Source: Candidatus Woesearchaeota archaeon
Lineage (GTDB): Archaea > Nanobdellota > Nanobdellia > Woesearchaeales > JACPBO01
Length of the DNA: 41,088 nt
Direction of reading: 5' to 3'
Assembly: GCA_016180285.1 (NCBI GenBank)
Contig: JACPBO010000010.1
Span: 1 to 41,088, forward strand
The position numbers and the translations under genes are program-made. Positions within the stretch are counted from its first letter, which is position 1, and each line of letters opens with the position of its first letter. Shown piece by piece: positions 29,301-36,751 of this stretch. The notes under the pieces are model-generated. The model worked only from the letters and a program-made list of their open reading frames with translations. It ran no database searches and was not told the origin of the DNA.

Positions 29301-29627
29301 TTTTCCTTTGTTTTCAATTATTTTATTTTCATTAATGGAAACTTCTTTCTTCTTTTTTATTTTTTTAGCTTCTTTATCAGCAATGCCTTCTGTTGAAGCT
29401 GCAGCAGTTGAAATTAAATTATTGCATGCTTCATAAATATAGGGCAGGGTTGTGTTTTCAGGATCAATGCCTGCTTCAATTAACTTTTTATTTAAATCTG
29501 CTTTGTCTATTTTTGACAAATCACTGCAGATTTTAGAGAAATCCTGCTCTGAAATATTGGCAGAAGAAATATTTATGAGTAACAAAAAGGATAAGATCAA
29601 AGCGAGTAATAGTATGCTGCACTTCAT
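26310..29627 (-). CDS. Large secreted Cys-rich and Gly-rich (PGRS-like GxxG repeat) protein
   Basis: Signal peptide; CGNGVCD/CPKDC modules; repeated GGNGGNGG-type blocks separated by short I-x-I strands and Cys-rich loops. Confidence 0.8.
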   Translation of the reverse strand: MKCSILLLALILSFLLLINISSANISEQDFSKICSDLSKIDKADLNKKLIEAGIDPENTTLPYIYEACNNLISTAAASTEGIADKEAKKIKKKKEVSINENKIIENKGKGKIKFDKDIGMDVTDVEENPNIYVDDNLIAINSKELPELNEPAAITIENLHYKQTPRILYTNEFTTNRNEIKNPCPEDTCFNVSYDPVLRILAFTASHFSSFTTVSSSCPVNYTDCNGDGAGTDADGCENPYPKCSCLNRGNYYFCADYAWFWNYYGQNYSWCFGRTSWRSYWFGGVVIDSTGEKGGFPDCSQSQYCCFDYYTDFMATCGNGVCDANKPYYPESNGNCPKDCYVGDGVCDPNYENPNNDPNDCCTDLTQCNTLQYCSENNLSDCSIKKSSEVSGTYNFKDLVIDSTVTLKAVDNVIINAENVKIYGKVVVDGDLVFNLTGDFELYGVINGTKSKHTGFSVISEEKLYCAPGSAFDMSGDNGVNGAKGVSGPAPTAGVDGTNGKDGKPITIDVGVLEGECKFISNGGRGGDGGAGGSGDCVGSTEGSNYCYGGLCSCSGDPNGKDGGIGGNAGNGGPINIKAKLSKSSVSAIANGGNAGLGGKGGDGSRGPTTGRYYETVFWWSGTFTINYILYDGGDSGSGKKAGKAGDGGAININFDKYKCDSKAGSLSANAGNGGNGGNGGKPADGSGCFTHFTSSCFSSMPGKAGLSAESSKGGNGGSINIKVNHNDNKPVINSYLFSANGGSGGSGGNGAGGAYSCYSDRAGVCRYPGCTEASLMTDAADGTEGSNGGNAGTVIIDGLIVGCSKFSLNGGNGGSGGKGGDTQGNTGSGSNAGDGGDAGTISGLKESSCKNTFSLNGGDAGDGGNAGNSASCLPGSHCSTDVCNFCGYYYEHQTGISGSGGNAGDGGEAGSCSDCTANAKGGKGGIAGKGGKDYGEGCSISLISPYCGKPCKPSGADGEAGNSQDSISFISNTSVPTENHALTVSADIAAKNSDASPTVCDDLLCRIEIRGDCSGGAAEYTNEVEYNISGGHGSLANSYPNGVMNDVTNCDWDYASCTCIVELTIPKQYTDYGDNIKCIAKIEDRCAEATASDSIGIAPKCGG

Positions 29628-29711
29628 TAACCCAGCTCCCTAACCCCTCTAAACCAATAAAACACATCTACTTTATAAACTTTTCTATATTTAATCACTG
29701 AGAAATAGTTA

Positions 29712-30458
29712 TCACTGCCTGTATTTTACAATCTTCACAAAATCGTCAACTTTCAGGGAAGCTCCCCCGACTAATGCGCCATCAATGTCTTTCTGCTCCA
29801 TTAGCGCCTTGATGTTATCCGGCTTTACAGAGCCGCCGTATTGGATCCTCACATTACTTGCAATTTTTTCATCATATAAGTTTTTAACTAACTCTCTTAT
29901 GAATAAATGAACCTCTTCAGCCTGTTCCGGCGCAGCAGTTTTACCGGTGCCGATTGCCCATATTGGCTCGTAAGCAATGACTATCTTAGAAGCATCTATA
30001 TCTTTTAAGCAGCCTTTGACTTGTTCTTCAATGACTCTCTTTGTTTCGCCTTTTTCCCTTTCTTCAAGCTTTTCTCCTACACAGAGTATCGGAATGAGGT
30101 TATGCTGCAATGCCTTCTTTATTTTCTTGTTTATAAGATCATCAGCTTCGTTAAAGTGCTGCCTTCTTTCAGAATGGCCTAAAATAACATATTTAACTCC
30201 TAATTCCTTCAGCATTAAGGCGGATATTTCGCCTGTAAATGCGCCAGAATCCTCAAAGTGCATGTTTTGGGCGCCTAGCTTGATGCTTGAATTCCTTATC
30301 TCTTTTGCAGCGTCATGCAGCGCAGTGAAAGGCGGGCATACAACGATCTCGACATCCTTGACGTCAATCAACCGCAGCTTTAATTCACTGACAAAAGCAA
30401 CTGCCTCAGAATTGACCTTGTTCATCTTCCAGTTCCCTGCGATTATTGGCTTTCTCAT
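29712..30458 (-). CDS. tpiA: Triosephosphate isomerase (bacterial type)
   Basis: [45 protein letters not shown]; 248 aa. Confidence 0.98.
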   Translation of the reverse strand: MRKPIIAGNWKMNKVNSEAVAFVSELKLRLIDVKDVEIVVCPPFTALHDAAKEIRNSSIKLGAQNMHFEDSGAFTGEISALMLKELGVKYVILGHSERRQHFNEADDLINKKIKKALQHNLIPILCVGEKLEEREKGETKRVIEEQVKGCLKDIDASKIVIAYEPIWAIGTGKTAAPEQAEEVHLFIRELVKNLYDEKIASNVRIQYGGSVKPDNIKALMEQKDIDGALVGGASLKVDDFVKIVKYRQ

Positions 30459-30482
30459 AGTGAAATTATTGGTTTTATTTGG

Positions 30483-30496
30483 TTTATATAGTTTTC
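30483..30496 (-). promoter_or_regulatory. BRE/TATA promoter of tpiA
   Basis: Minus strand reads GAAAACTATATAAA, ending 24 nt upstream of the tpiA ATG. Confidence 0.7.
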
Positions 30497-30697
30497 TTAT
30501 TTTCCGTATTGGTCACCCTGTGGATGTCAATCCTATCCGTTAAATAGCGGATGTTCTTAGTAGTCTTGTTTTTTCTCACTTTTTTGAAACCAGTAATTAC
30601 AGCCAAGTCAAGTCTGCACGAATAAAGACAGTGGACATGTCAAGTCCAACTCATTTGAGTAATATTTATAAAGTTGTGCAAATATTTACTGGTTAGA

Positions 30698-30835
30698 ATG
30701 GCTAGTAAGAATATAACACTCAAAGTCGATGAGAAAATCTATAAAATGTATAAAAAGTATTGCAAGAAAAAAGGATTGGTTATATCTCGCCAATTCGAAA
30801 TATTTGTTGAAAAACAATTAAAGAAGGGAAATTAA
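30698..30835 (+). CDS. 45-aa ribbon-helix-helix-like DNA-binding protein (not in ORF track)
   Basis: MASKNITLKVDEKIYKMYKKYCKKKGLVISRQFEIFVEKQLKKGN*; alternating beta strand, helix, G-x-x-x-S, helix; TATA near 30664. Confidence 0.8.
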   Translation: MASKNITLKVDEKIYKMYKKYCKKKGLVISRQFEIFVEKQLKKGN

Positions 30836-30836
30836 C

Positions 30837-30974
30837 ATGTATCTCAACGAATTTTTAACAATCATGGAAAAAATTGAATCATTAAGGCAAAAACAATCAG
30901 AAACAACTTCCGACATAAACAATTTGTTTGATGCATTGATGCAGAAAGCGTTTAATGGTGAGTTAGTCGAATGA
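30837..30974 (+). pseudogene. hsdS: C-terminal remnant of type I restriction-modification specificity subunit HsdS
   Basis: MYLNEFLTIMEKIESLRQKQSETTSDINNLFDALMQKAFNGELVE*; LF-x-x-LMQKAF-x-GEL is the conserved HsdS terminal helix. Confidence 0.8.
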
Positions 30975-31900
30975 AGAAACTCTCCAAGAAACAAAGACTG
31001 AATTTATTGATTAAAAGATTGAGTTATCAGAATCTTTTAAAGGATTCCAAAAAAATTGTCGGAAATATTACTTTTATGGATATAATTTTGTTATTGATTC
31101 TACCCCTAATTATAACTCTGTTAATGCTCTTACCTGATGCAATAAGAACAGCTATGCAAATTCACATCAAAGAACCAATGTGGTGGCAGTTATTTACTGC
31201 TAGTTACATGCATGGAAGTTGGAAACATTTAACTGATAACTTAACGGGATATTTTTGGTTTGTTATCCCAATATTTATCTTTGCAGCATATTCTAATCTG
31301 AAGCAATTATACTATAAAATGTACCTTACGATTTGTATCTCGCTCCCAATAATTAGTGGATTTGCGGAATTATGGATAACACCAAAATATTTTCCTAATT
31401 TGTTGACATCGACAGGAACCTCGGGAGTAATATCTGCTTTTTTAGGCATCATAATTTTTATTTGGATTAGACACTATGCAATTAAAAGTAACAATAACCT
31501 CCATAATAACTTATTCTTTTATTTGATATTATTTTATGTAGCATTAATTTTTTCATGCATATACTCGTTTAAGTCTATAATTTTAATATTGCCTCTCGCC
31601 TCGCTCTTCTTATTATTTGTATTTTTATGGAGAAAGAATTTTAATATTCTGTATTTCATAATTCAAAAAGAAAGTAAACGAAATATGTTAATTTTATTCT
31701 TGTCTTTATTTATTCCCTTATTTTTTATGGTTGCACCATTCCTTCTATTTCCGACTATTAACAATGTCGCAAGTAATGGGACGCTCGTGAACTTTTTTAT
31801 GCATTATTTTGGTTTAATCTATGGTGTGATAATTGGGTGGTTATTTGTAATGATTGATAAGAGTACATTTAGGAGAAAACAAACGGAGAATAATTCATGA
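30971..31900 (+). CDS. Rhomboid-family intramembrane serine protease
   Basis: WWQLFTASYMHGSWKHLTDN, catalytic GTSG, distal VNFFMHYFGLIYG. Confidence 0.88.
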   Translation: MKKLSKKQRLNLLIKRLSYQNLLKDSKKIVGNITFMDIILLLILPLIITLLMLLPDAIRTAMQIHIKEPMWWQLFTASYMHGSWKHLTDNLTGYFWFVIPIFIFAAYSNLKQLYYKMYLTICISLPIISGFAELWITPKYFPNLLTSTGTSGVISAFLGIIIFIWIRHYAIKSNNNLHNNLFFYLILFYVALIFSCIYSFKSIILILPLASLFLLFVFLWRKNFNILYFIIQKESKRNMLILFLSLFIPLFFMVAPFLLFPTINNVASNGTLVNFFMHYFGLIYGVIIGWLFVMIDKSTFRRKQTENNS

Positions 31901-32250
31901 GCAGGCTTTACATTGACACAAATCTCTTCATCAATGTCATTAATAATGAAGTGAGTATGCATTCGAATAAGAATATGGCTGAGCCATGGACGGTAAAAGA
32001 ACTATTAAAAAAGCTTCGCGGAGATCAAATTAAAGCATCTTTTGAGATTTTGAAAAGGAAAATCGAAATCTGCAAATATTCTCTTGAAGAAGAAGTTCAA
32101 GCAAGAAAACGATCAGAAACTAATTTTCCAGATGCTCTTCATATTGTAATTGCTGAAAATGTAAAAGCAGATTATATCATCACAAGAAACATTGACGACT
32201 TTCTTCAAATCGGAACAAAAATACCAATAAAAAAACCAGAATTATTGTAA
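31897..32250 (+). CDS. PIN-domain protein (VapC-like), apparently with an internal deletion
   Basis: LYIDTN, WTVKEL, FPDALHIVIA, YIITRNIDDF. Confidence 0.8.
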   Translation: MSRLYIDTNLFINVINNEVSMHSNKNMAEPWTVKELLKKLRGDQIKASFEILKRKIEICKYSLEEEVQARKRSETNFPDALHIVIAENVKADYIITRNIDDFLQIGTKIPIKKPELL

Positions 32251-33387
32251 GCCTGCTTGTTCTAGCAACCATTCTTGGAATTTATCGTGTCCTAGTTCTT
32301 TCTCTTTTTGTTCTAAGAATTTTTCCTGTTTCTTCTGTTCATCTTCAGTAAGAAGAACTACCGAACTTAACATAGCTTTTATTTTTCTATATGTTTCATC
32401 GTCTGGCTCTGCTTGACGAGGGAGAAGATCATTAAGGTACTTTAAATGTTCAATAACTTCCATCTTTTGAGTATTCATTTCAGAAATGAAATGTTTTAGC
32501 TCAAGTTCTTTACTGAAATTATTTGAATAATAAGGTTCCAAATCTGAGAAGTAATTATACAAAGCAATTAGTTTCCAAATCTCGTTGAATGATTGATAGA
32601 TATCATTCTTTACCATTTTAAGATCTTCATCAGAAATAGCATTTACCATTTGTAAAACTAAACCGACAAAATCATTTACTAATCTCTTAGAAACTTTATC
32701 AAAAATGGGGGGAGAGTTTTTTAGTAGAGTGTAAAGTTGATTATTTATCTCTTGAATATATTTTTTAGAGAAATTAGATGAAGATAATAGAGACAATAAC
32801 ATTTCTTTTGTTTTATAAAGAGTGTGATTTTCTTCATTATAATGTCTTAATTTGAGTGCTGTTGCGTTGACTTCTTTCGAATAAGTTCCAACTATATCGA
32901 CTATGCATTTGTTTACTTCGTCATTTAATCCAGAAAAATCATAATCTAAATTTTGGTCGTAAGGTTTGACACACAATGTTCCAAATTGATACCATCCAAT
33001 TGGAAGATTCAAATTACATTCTTTATTTATTCTTGCAAGAGTTTTTTGTACTTGGATTCTACCAGGAATTATTCCTGTTTTTTGTTTCCACTCTTCTTTA
33101 ATTTTAGAAAATAAAGAATCAATTAGTTTTTCATCTTCTGATCTTATTGGTAAATCAAAATAATTCCCTGTTTTGTTAGTTTTATCACATTGCACTAAAG
33201 AGAATACTCTTTTATTTGCGATTTCTGTTTCTAACAGTACGCCTGCCTCTTTTAGACTTTCCAGGTATATCTTAATAGATTCCCAATTAGATTCGCAATC
33301 TTTGGCAATTTCGTGTATTGACTTTGGAGCTTCAGACACAGATTTTAAAATTCTTTTTATAAGCTCCTTAGCAGATTTCCTCTCCAT
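32242..33387 (-). CDS. N-terminal winged-HTH protein with Panacea/SocA(DUF4065)-like central motif
   Basis: KSIHEIAKDCESNWESIKIYLESLKEAGVL HTH; RIQVQKTL...LPIGWYQFG resembles the KLQK...W-x-YGP pattern; helical C-terminus. Confidence 0.55.
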   Translation of the reverse strand: MERKSAKELIKRILKSVSEAPKSIHEIAKDCESNWESIKIYLESLKEAGVLLETEIANKRVFSLVQCDKTNKTGNYFDLPIRSEDEKLIDSLFSKIKEEWKQKTGIIPGRIQVQKTLARINKECNLNLPIGWYQFGTLCVKPYDQNLDYDFSGLNDEVNKCIVDIVGTYSKEVNATALKLRHYNEENHTLYKTKEMLLSLLSSSNFSKKYIQEINNQLYTLLKNSPPIFDKVSKRLVNDFVGLVLQMVNAISDEDLKMVKNDIYQSFNEIWKLIALYNYFSDLEPYYSNNFSKELELKHFISEMNTQKMEVIEHLKYLNDLLPRQAEPDDETYRKIKAMLSSVVLLTEDEQKKQEKFLEQKEKELGHDKFQEWLLEQAGLQ

Positions 33388-33545
33388 TTTAATAAAAGTA
33401 CGAGCAATAGTATATAAATTTTTCGTTTTACTGGTAAAAAGTATTAGCAGTAGCTTATAATACTCACAAGTATAAGCTAAAACAGATAAATATTTAAATT
33501 AGAAGCAATAACTGATATACTGGACGTAAGTCCGGAGGAAAACAT

Positions 33546-33739
33546 ATGGTACAGAAAATTTTTGGATCGGAATGGGTGCAACAGGCATCGTCGGTGTATT
33601 AATCATAGCAGGACTCCTTTTGAAAGGAACAAATCTTTCAGCAGGAATGGGCGACCTAGCAATCTTTGGTGGCGTTGGAATAGGCATCGTGCTAGGATTA
33701 CTTGGAATATTTGCTGTCGCAAAAAGAGTGATTGGCTAA
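33546..33739 (+). pseudogene. Small Gly-rich two-TM protein with a 1-nt frameshift just after the RBS-supported ATG (in-frame ATG at 33572 gives 55 aa)
   Basis: GGAGG at 33534-33538 precedes ATG 33546, which is out of frame with GTENFWIGMGATGIVGVLIIAGLL...FAVAKRVIG*; the stop abuts the next ATG at 33740. Confidence 0.6.
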
Positions 33740-33985
33740 ATGGGCAAGATTACTATTTTTGGAATAATTGCATTTATTGTAGCACTATCGGTATTCTTGT
33801 TAAATAATTATATCCAAGGCGTTGCAGAAGACGCCATGCTGGATGCAACTGGTCAAGTCGTTAAAGACAGTCCGATTGATCAACAAACAAAAACTTCAAT
33901 ATTATCAACACTGACACTTTATGAAATTGCAGGTTTCTTTGTATTCATTGGAGGAATAGTATTTTTGGTCAAAAAATTCTTTTGA
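33740..33985 (+). CDS. Small two-TM hairpin membrane protein
   Basis: Hydrophobic N- and C-terminal helices around an acidic loop; TAA-ATG coupling to the upstream ORF. Confidence 0.7.
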   Translation: MGKITIFGIIAFIVALSVFLLNNYIQGVAEDAMLDATGQVVKDSPIDQQTKTSILSTLTLYEIAGFFVFIGGIVFLVKKFF

Positions 33986-34142
33986 ATAAGTAATTCTCTA
34001 AGAAAACAGCCGAATTCTTAACAGCCTACGGTTAATATCTACAGGTTGAACAATACGCTTATTTTCATTCACCAAGTACAGGCAAGACATTAGTTCTCGC
34101 ATAAAACGAAAACAATTTAAACAGCTTCAATCCCGCTTTTTC

Positions 34143-34564
34143 ATGGTTGAATTCAATCCAGACGGCAGCATTAAGCTTCCAGAACAGCTTGCAAAAAAGA
34201 AGAAAATAAGGAAAAATTAAGATCTCAGAGATGTATAAAAATAAAAAGAAATGCAGTAAGCTTCACTGCTCCAAAAAAATGCGTCCTTCACATAACTCTT
34301 TCAGAAGCTTTTGCCGATAACAGATTCATAGACACCATTTATACTTATTTTAAAGAAAGGTCAGTTGTTCCGCATAAAATAAAGAAGCTCAATGAAAAGC
34401 AGTTTGAAATTGAGATAGGCACTGATTTTAAGAGGTGCAGCGACTGCAACTCCCTGATTAACAGTTATAGAGAATTCTTAGACGGCAACATAATTGATGA
34501 AAAAGGCAGCTGCACATTTGAAGGAGCGAATAAAAGTTTCTGCTATGAAGATTATTTTAGCTGA
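34143..34564 (+). pseudogene. Hypothetical Cys-containing protein split by a -1 frameshift at A_AAA_AAG (about 140 aa if joined)
   Basis: Frame 0 MVEFNPDGSIKLPEQLAKKKKIRKN* stops at 34220; the -1 frame stays open from the heptamer 34193-34199 to TGA 34564 (EENKEKLRSQRC...CSDC...YEDYFS*). Confidence 0.75.
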
Positions 34565-34594
34565 TAAGGGCAATTGTGAATGCATCAGCAAGGC

Positions 34595-34924
34595 CTATTT
34601 TTCTCCAATAATCCCCTTAATCTTGTTTTCAAGCTCATTTTTGTTTATATTTCCGACAATCCTTCCGATTTCCCTGCCTGATTTGAAGACAACAATGCAC
34701 GGAATTCCCCTTATTCCGTATTCTTCAGCTATTTCAGAAGCGCTGTCAACATTGAACTTGCAGAACTTCAGCATTGCCAATTTTTTTGAAAGCTCCTCGT
34801 AAGCAGGGGCCATCATTTTGCAGGGCATGCACCATTCTGCCCAGAAATCCACTAGCACAACCTTATCGCTGTCCAGAATTTCTTCCTTGAAAGTATCCTT
34901 ATTTAGCTCTATTACCGCCATCAT
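34595..34924 (-). CDS. trxA: Thioredoxin (WCMPC active site)
   Basis: VLVDFWAEWCMPCKMMAP, YGIRGIP; GAGGTG RBS. Confidence 0.95.
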   Translation of the reverse strand: MMAVIELNKDTFKEEILDSDKVVLVDFWAEWCMPCKMMAPAYEELSKKLAMLKFCKFNVDSASEIAEEYGIRGIPCIVVFKSGREIGRIVGNINKNELENKIKGIIGEK

Positions 34925-36275
34925 TTTTAATTTCACCTCTTAAAAAGGCATCTATTGCCGCTGCTGCGTTCTTGCCATCAGCCATTGCTTTTATGACTGT
35001 GGATTCCTGGCCGATCACATCACCGCCTGCAAATATTTTGGGTTCGGATGTCTGGTAGTTTTCATTCACTTCTATTGCGCCCCTCATAACCGTCCTTAAT
35101 TCAGAATTCCTTGTCAGCAAAGGATTTATGCCCTGGCCTATTGCGATGATAACCTGGCCGCACTCAAGGCTGAACTCGGAATCTTCTATCGGCAATGGAG
35201 TTCTTCTTCCTGACGAGTCCATTTCGCCAAGCATCATCTGCTGGAATTCCATGCCTGTGACAAATTTATCGCCAATTATTTTTGTTGGGCTTGTCAGCAT
35301 TAAAAAGTTAATCCCCTCTTCCTTGGCGTGCTCTATCTCTTCAAGTCTTGCAGGCATTTCATCAAAAGAACGCCTGTAAACAACAGTTACATCAGAGCCA
35401 AGGCGCCTGGCTGTTCGTGCAGCGTCAATCGCAACATTCCCTCCTCCGACAACTATGGTTTTGTTTGCCCTCTTTATCGGAGTTTTTGCTTTTGGAAATT
35501 CATTCGCTTTCATCAGGTTTATCCTTGCTAAAAATTCATTTGCAGAATAAACCCCATTAAGGCTTTCCCCCGGAATGCGCATAAAATAAGGCAAGCCAGC
35601 GCCTGTTCCTATGAAAACAGCATCATACTGTTTTGAGAGCTCGTCAAGCGAGATAGTTCTGCCAATCACAGAATTAAGCTCGATCTCAACTCCGAGTTTT
35701 TTAATATATCTTATTTCATCATCAACAATCTTATTTGGCAGCCTGAATTCCGGAATTCCGTAGAGCAGAACGCCTCCTGCCTTGTGCAATGCCTCAAATA
35801 TTTTCACATTATGGCCCATTAAAGCAAGCTTCGCAGCGCATGTAAGCGAAGCAGGCCCGGAGCCGACAACAGCAACCTTTTTGCCTGTTTTCCTGATTGC
35901 AGGAATTAAAAAACTTTTTTCATTATCTCCTGCAAACCTTTCCAGGCAGCCAATTGCAATCTGCTGCTTTTTCTTTGCTAAGATGCATTTTTCCTCGCAC
36001 TGCGTTTCCTGGGGGCACACCCTGCCGCAAACTTTTGGAAGAAAATTCTGCTCTTTTATTGTCTTTATCGCATCATCAAATTTCTTGTCTTTGATCTGCT
36101 TTATAAACTTCGGAATGTTTATTTTGACAGGGCATCCTTCGATGCAGACTGGCTTTTTGCACTGCAGGCAGCGGGATGCTTCTTTGATCGCCAGTTCATC
36201 ATTATAACCTAGATTGACTTCATCGAAATTTTTAATTCTCTCTTCTGATTTTTGCTGCGGCATTATGGTTTTCAT
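34899..36275 (-). CDS. nfnB: NADPH-dependent glutamate synthase small-subunit homologue / NfnB (SudA)
   Basis: EASRCLQCKKPVCIEGCP, CGRVCPQETQCE, VVGSGPA, YGIPEFRLP, GGGNVAIDAAR, YRRS; pairs with the NfnA-like gene; no gltB in the window. Confidence 0.85.
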   Translation of the reverse strand: MKTIMPQQKSEERIKNFDEVNLGYNDELAIKEASRCLQCKKPVCIEGCPVKINIPKFIKQIKDKKFDDAIKTIKEQNFLPKVCGRVCPQETQCEEKCILAKKKQQIAIGCLERFAGDNEKSFLIPAIRKTGKKVAVVGSGPASLTCAAKLALMGHNVKIFEALHKAGGVLLYGIPEFRLPNKIVDDEIRYIKKLGVEIELNSVIGRTISLDELSKQYDAVFIGTGAGLPYFMRIPGESLNGVYSANEFLARINLMKANEFPKAKTPIKRANKTIVVGGGNVAIDAARTARRLGSDVTVVYRRSFDEMPARLEEIEHAKEEGINFLMLTSPTKIIGDKFVTGMEFQQMMLGEMDSSGRRTPLPIEDSEFSLECGQVIIAIGQGINPLLTRNSELRTVMRGAIEVNENYQTSEPKIFAGGDVIGQESTVIKAMADGKNAAAAIDAFLRGEIKNDGGNRAK

Positions 36276-36280
36276 TTTGT

Positions 36281-36751
36281 TTATATCCACAAACGCTCCG
36301 GGATACACTTTATGGTCACTTTATTTCTGAAATATCTCTTAAGGTATTCTATAATCAGTTTGAGACTCGAATATTCCTGGCCATAAGTATATATTTGGAT
36401 TGACCTCTCGTTATTCTTAATAATCTTTCGCAGATGAATAATCTTTAAACAAGATTTCAGATTTAATTTGCTGGCAAAATAGTTTTGGATTATTAATTGT
36501 TTTTTCTTTTTGTTTAATTTTATTATATACATGTGCATAAGGAAGTAGGTAAGGTATATGGACAAAAATAGGTAAATATTTGCTATTAAAATTTTAAATA
36601 ACATATTGGACGATTTAATTATTATGAATAGGAGAGCTAACAAAAGCAACAAATAAAATATTGCCGCTATTAAATAACTTTCTGGATAAAACTTTTTTGG
36701 TGAAGACACATACATGGACATTCTATTTTCTGATTTTTCTTTTTTTCTCAT
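36281..36751 (-). CDS. Hypothetical AT-rich two-TM protein between nfnA and nfnB
   Basis: 156-codon ORF with two hydrophobic helices; ATG overlaps the nfnA stop. Confidence 0.55.
   Translation of the reverse strand: MRKKEKSENRMSMYVSSPKKFYPESYLIAAIFYLLLLLALLFIIIKSSNMLFKILIANIYLFLSIYLTYFLMHMYIIKLNKKKKQLIIQNYFASKLNLKSCLKIIHLRKIIKNNERSIQIYTYGQEYSSLKLIIEYLKRYFRNKVTIKCIPERLWI

Larger units (their letters stand above)
30505..34057. mobile_element. Non-autonomous cargo transposon-like element (imperfect TIRs, 9-bp TSD, no transposase)
   Basis: CTTATTTTC duplicated at 30496-30504 and 34058-34066; left end CGTATTGGTCACCCTGTGGATGTCAATCCTA vs reverse complement of right end CGTATTGTTCAACCTGTAGATATTAACCGTA (24/31 identical). 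Confidence 0.85.

Noticed and set aside
29977..30543. 188-aa plus-strand ORF and similar short antisense ORFs throughout the track
   Set aside because: Antisense shadows of well-supported genes such as tpiA, por, eif2g, nfn and nad
33562..33807. 81-aa ORF MDRNGCNRH...
   Set aside because: Off-frame reading of the Gly-rich TM gene, with atypical composition
30505..34057. Casposon, Tn7-like element or provirus as the identity of the island
   Set aside because: No cas1, polB, tns or integrase genes; ends are not TG...CA and the TSD is 9 bp rather than 5 bp; the family stays unassigned
34494..34802. 102-aa plus-strand ORF in the track
   Set aside because: Antisense shadow of trxA, and out of frame with the frameshifted gene ending at 34564
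34899..36275. True glutamate synthase
   Set aside because: No large subunit in the window, and pairing with the NfnA/SudB-like gene favours a transhydrogenase or sulfide dehydrogenase
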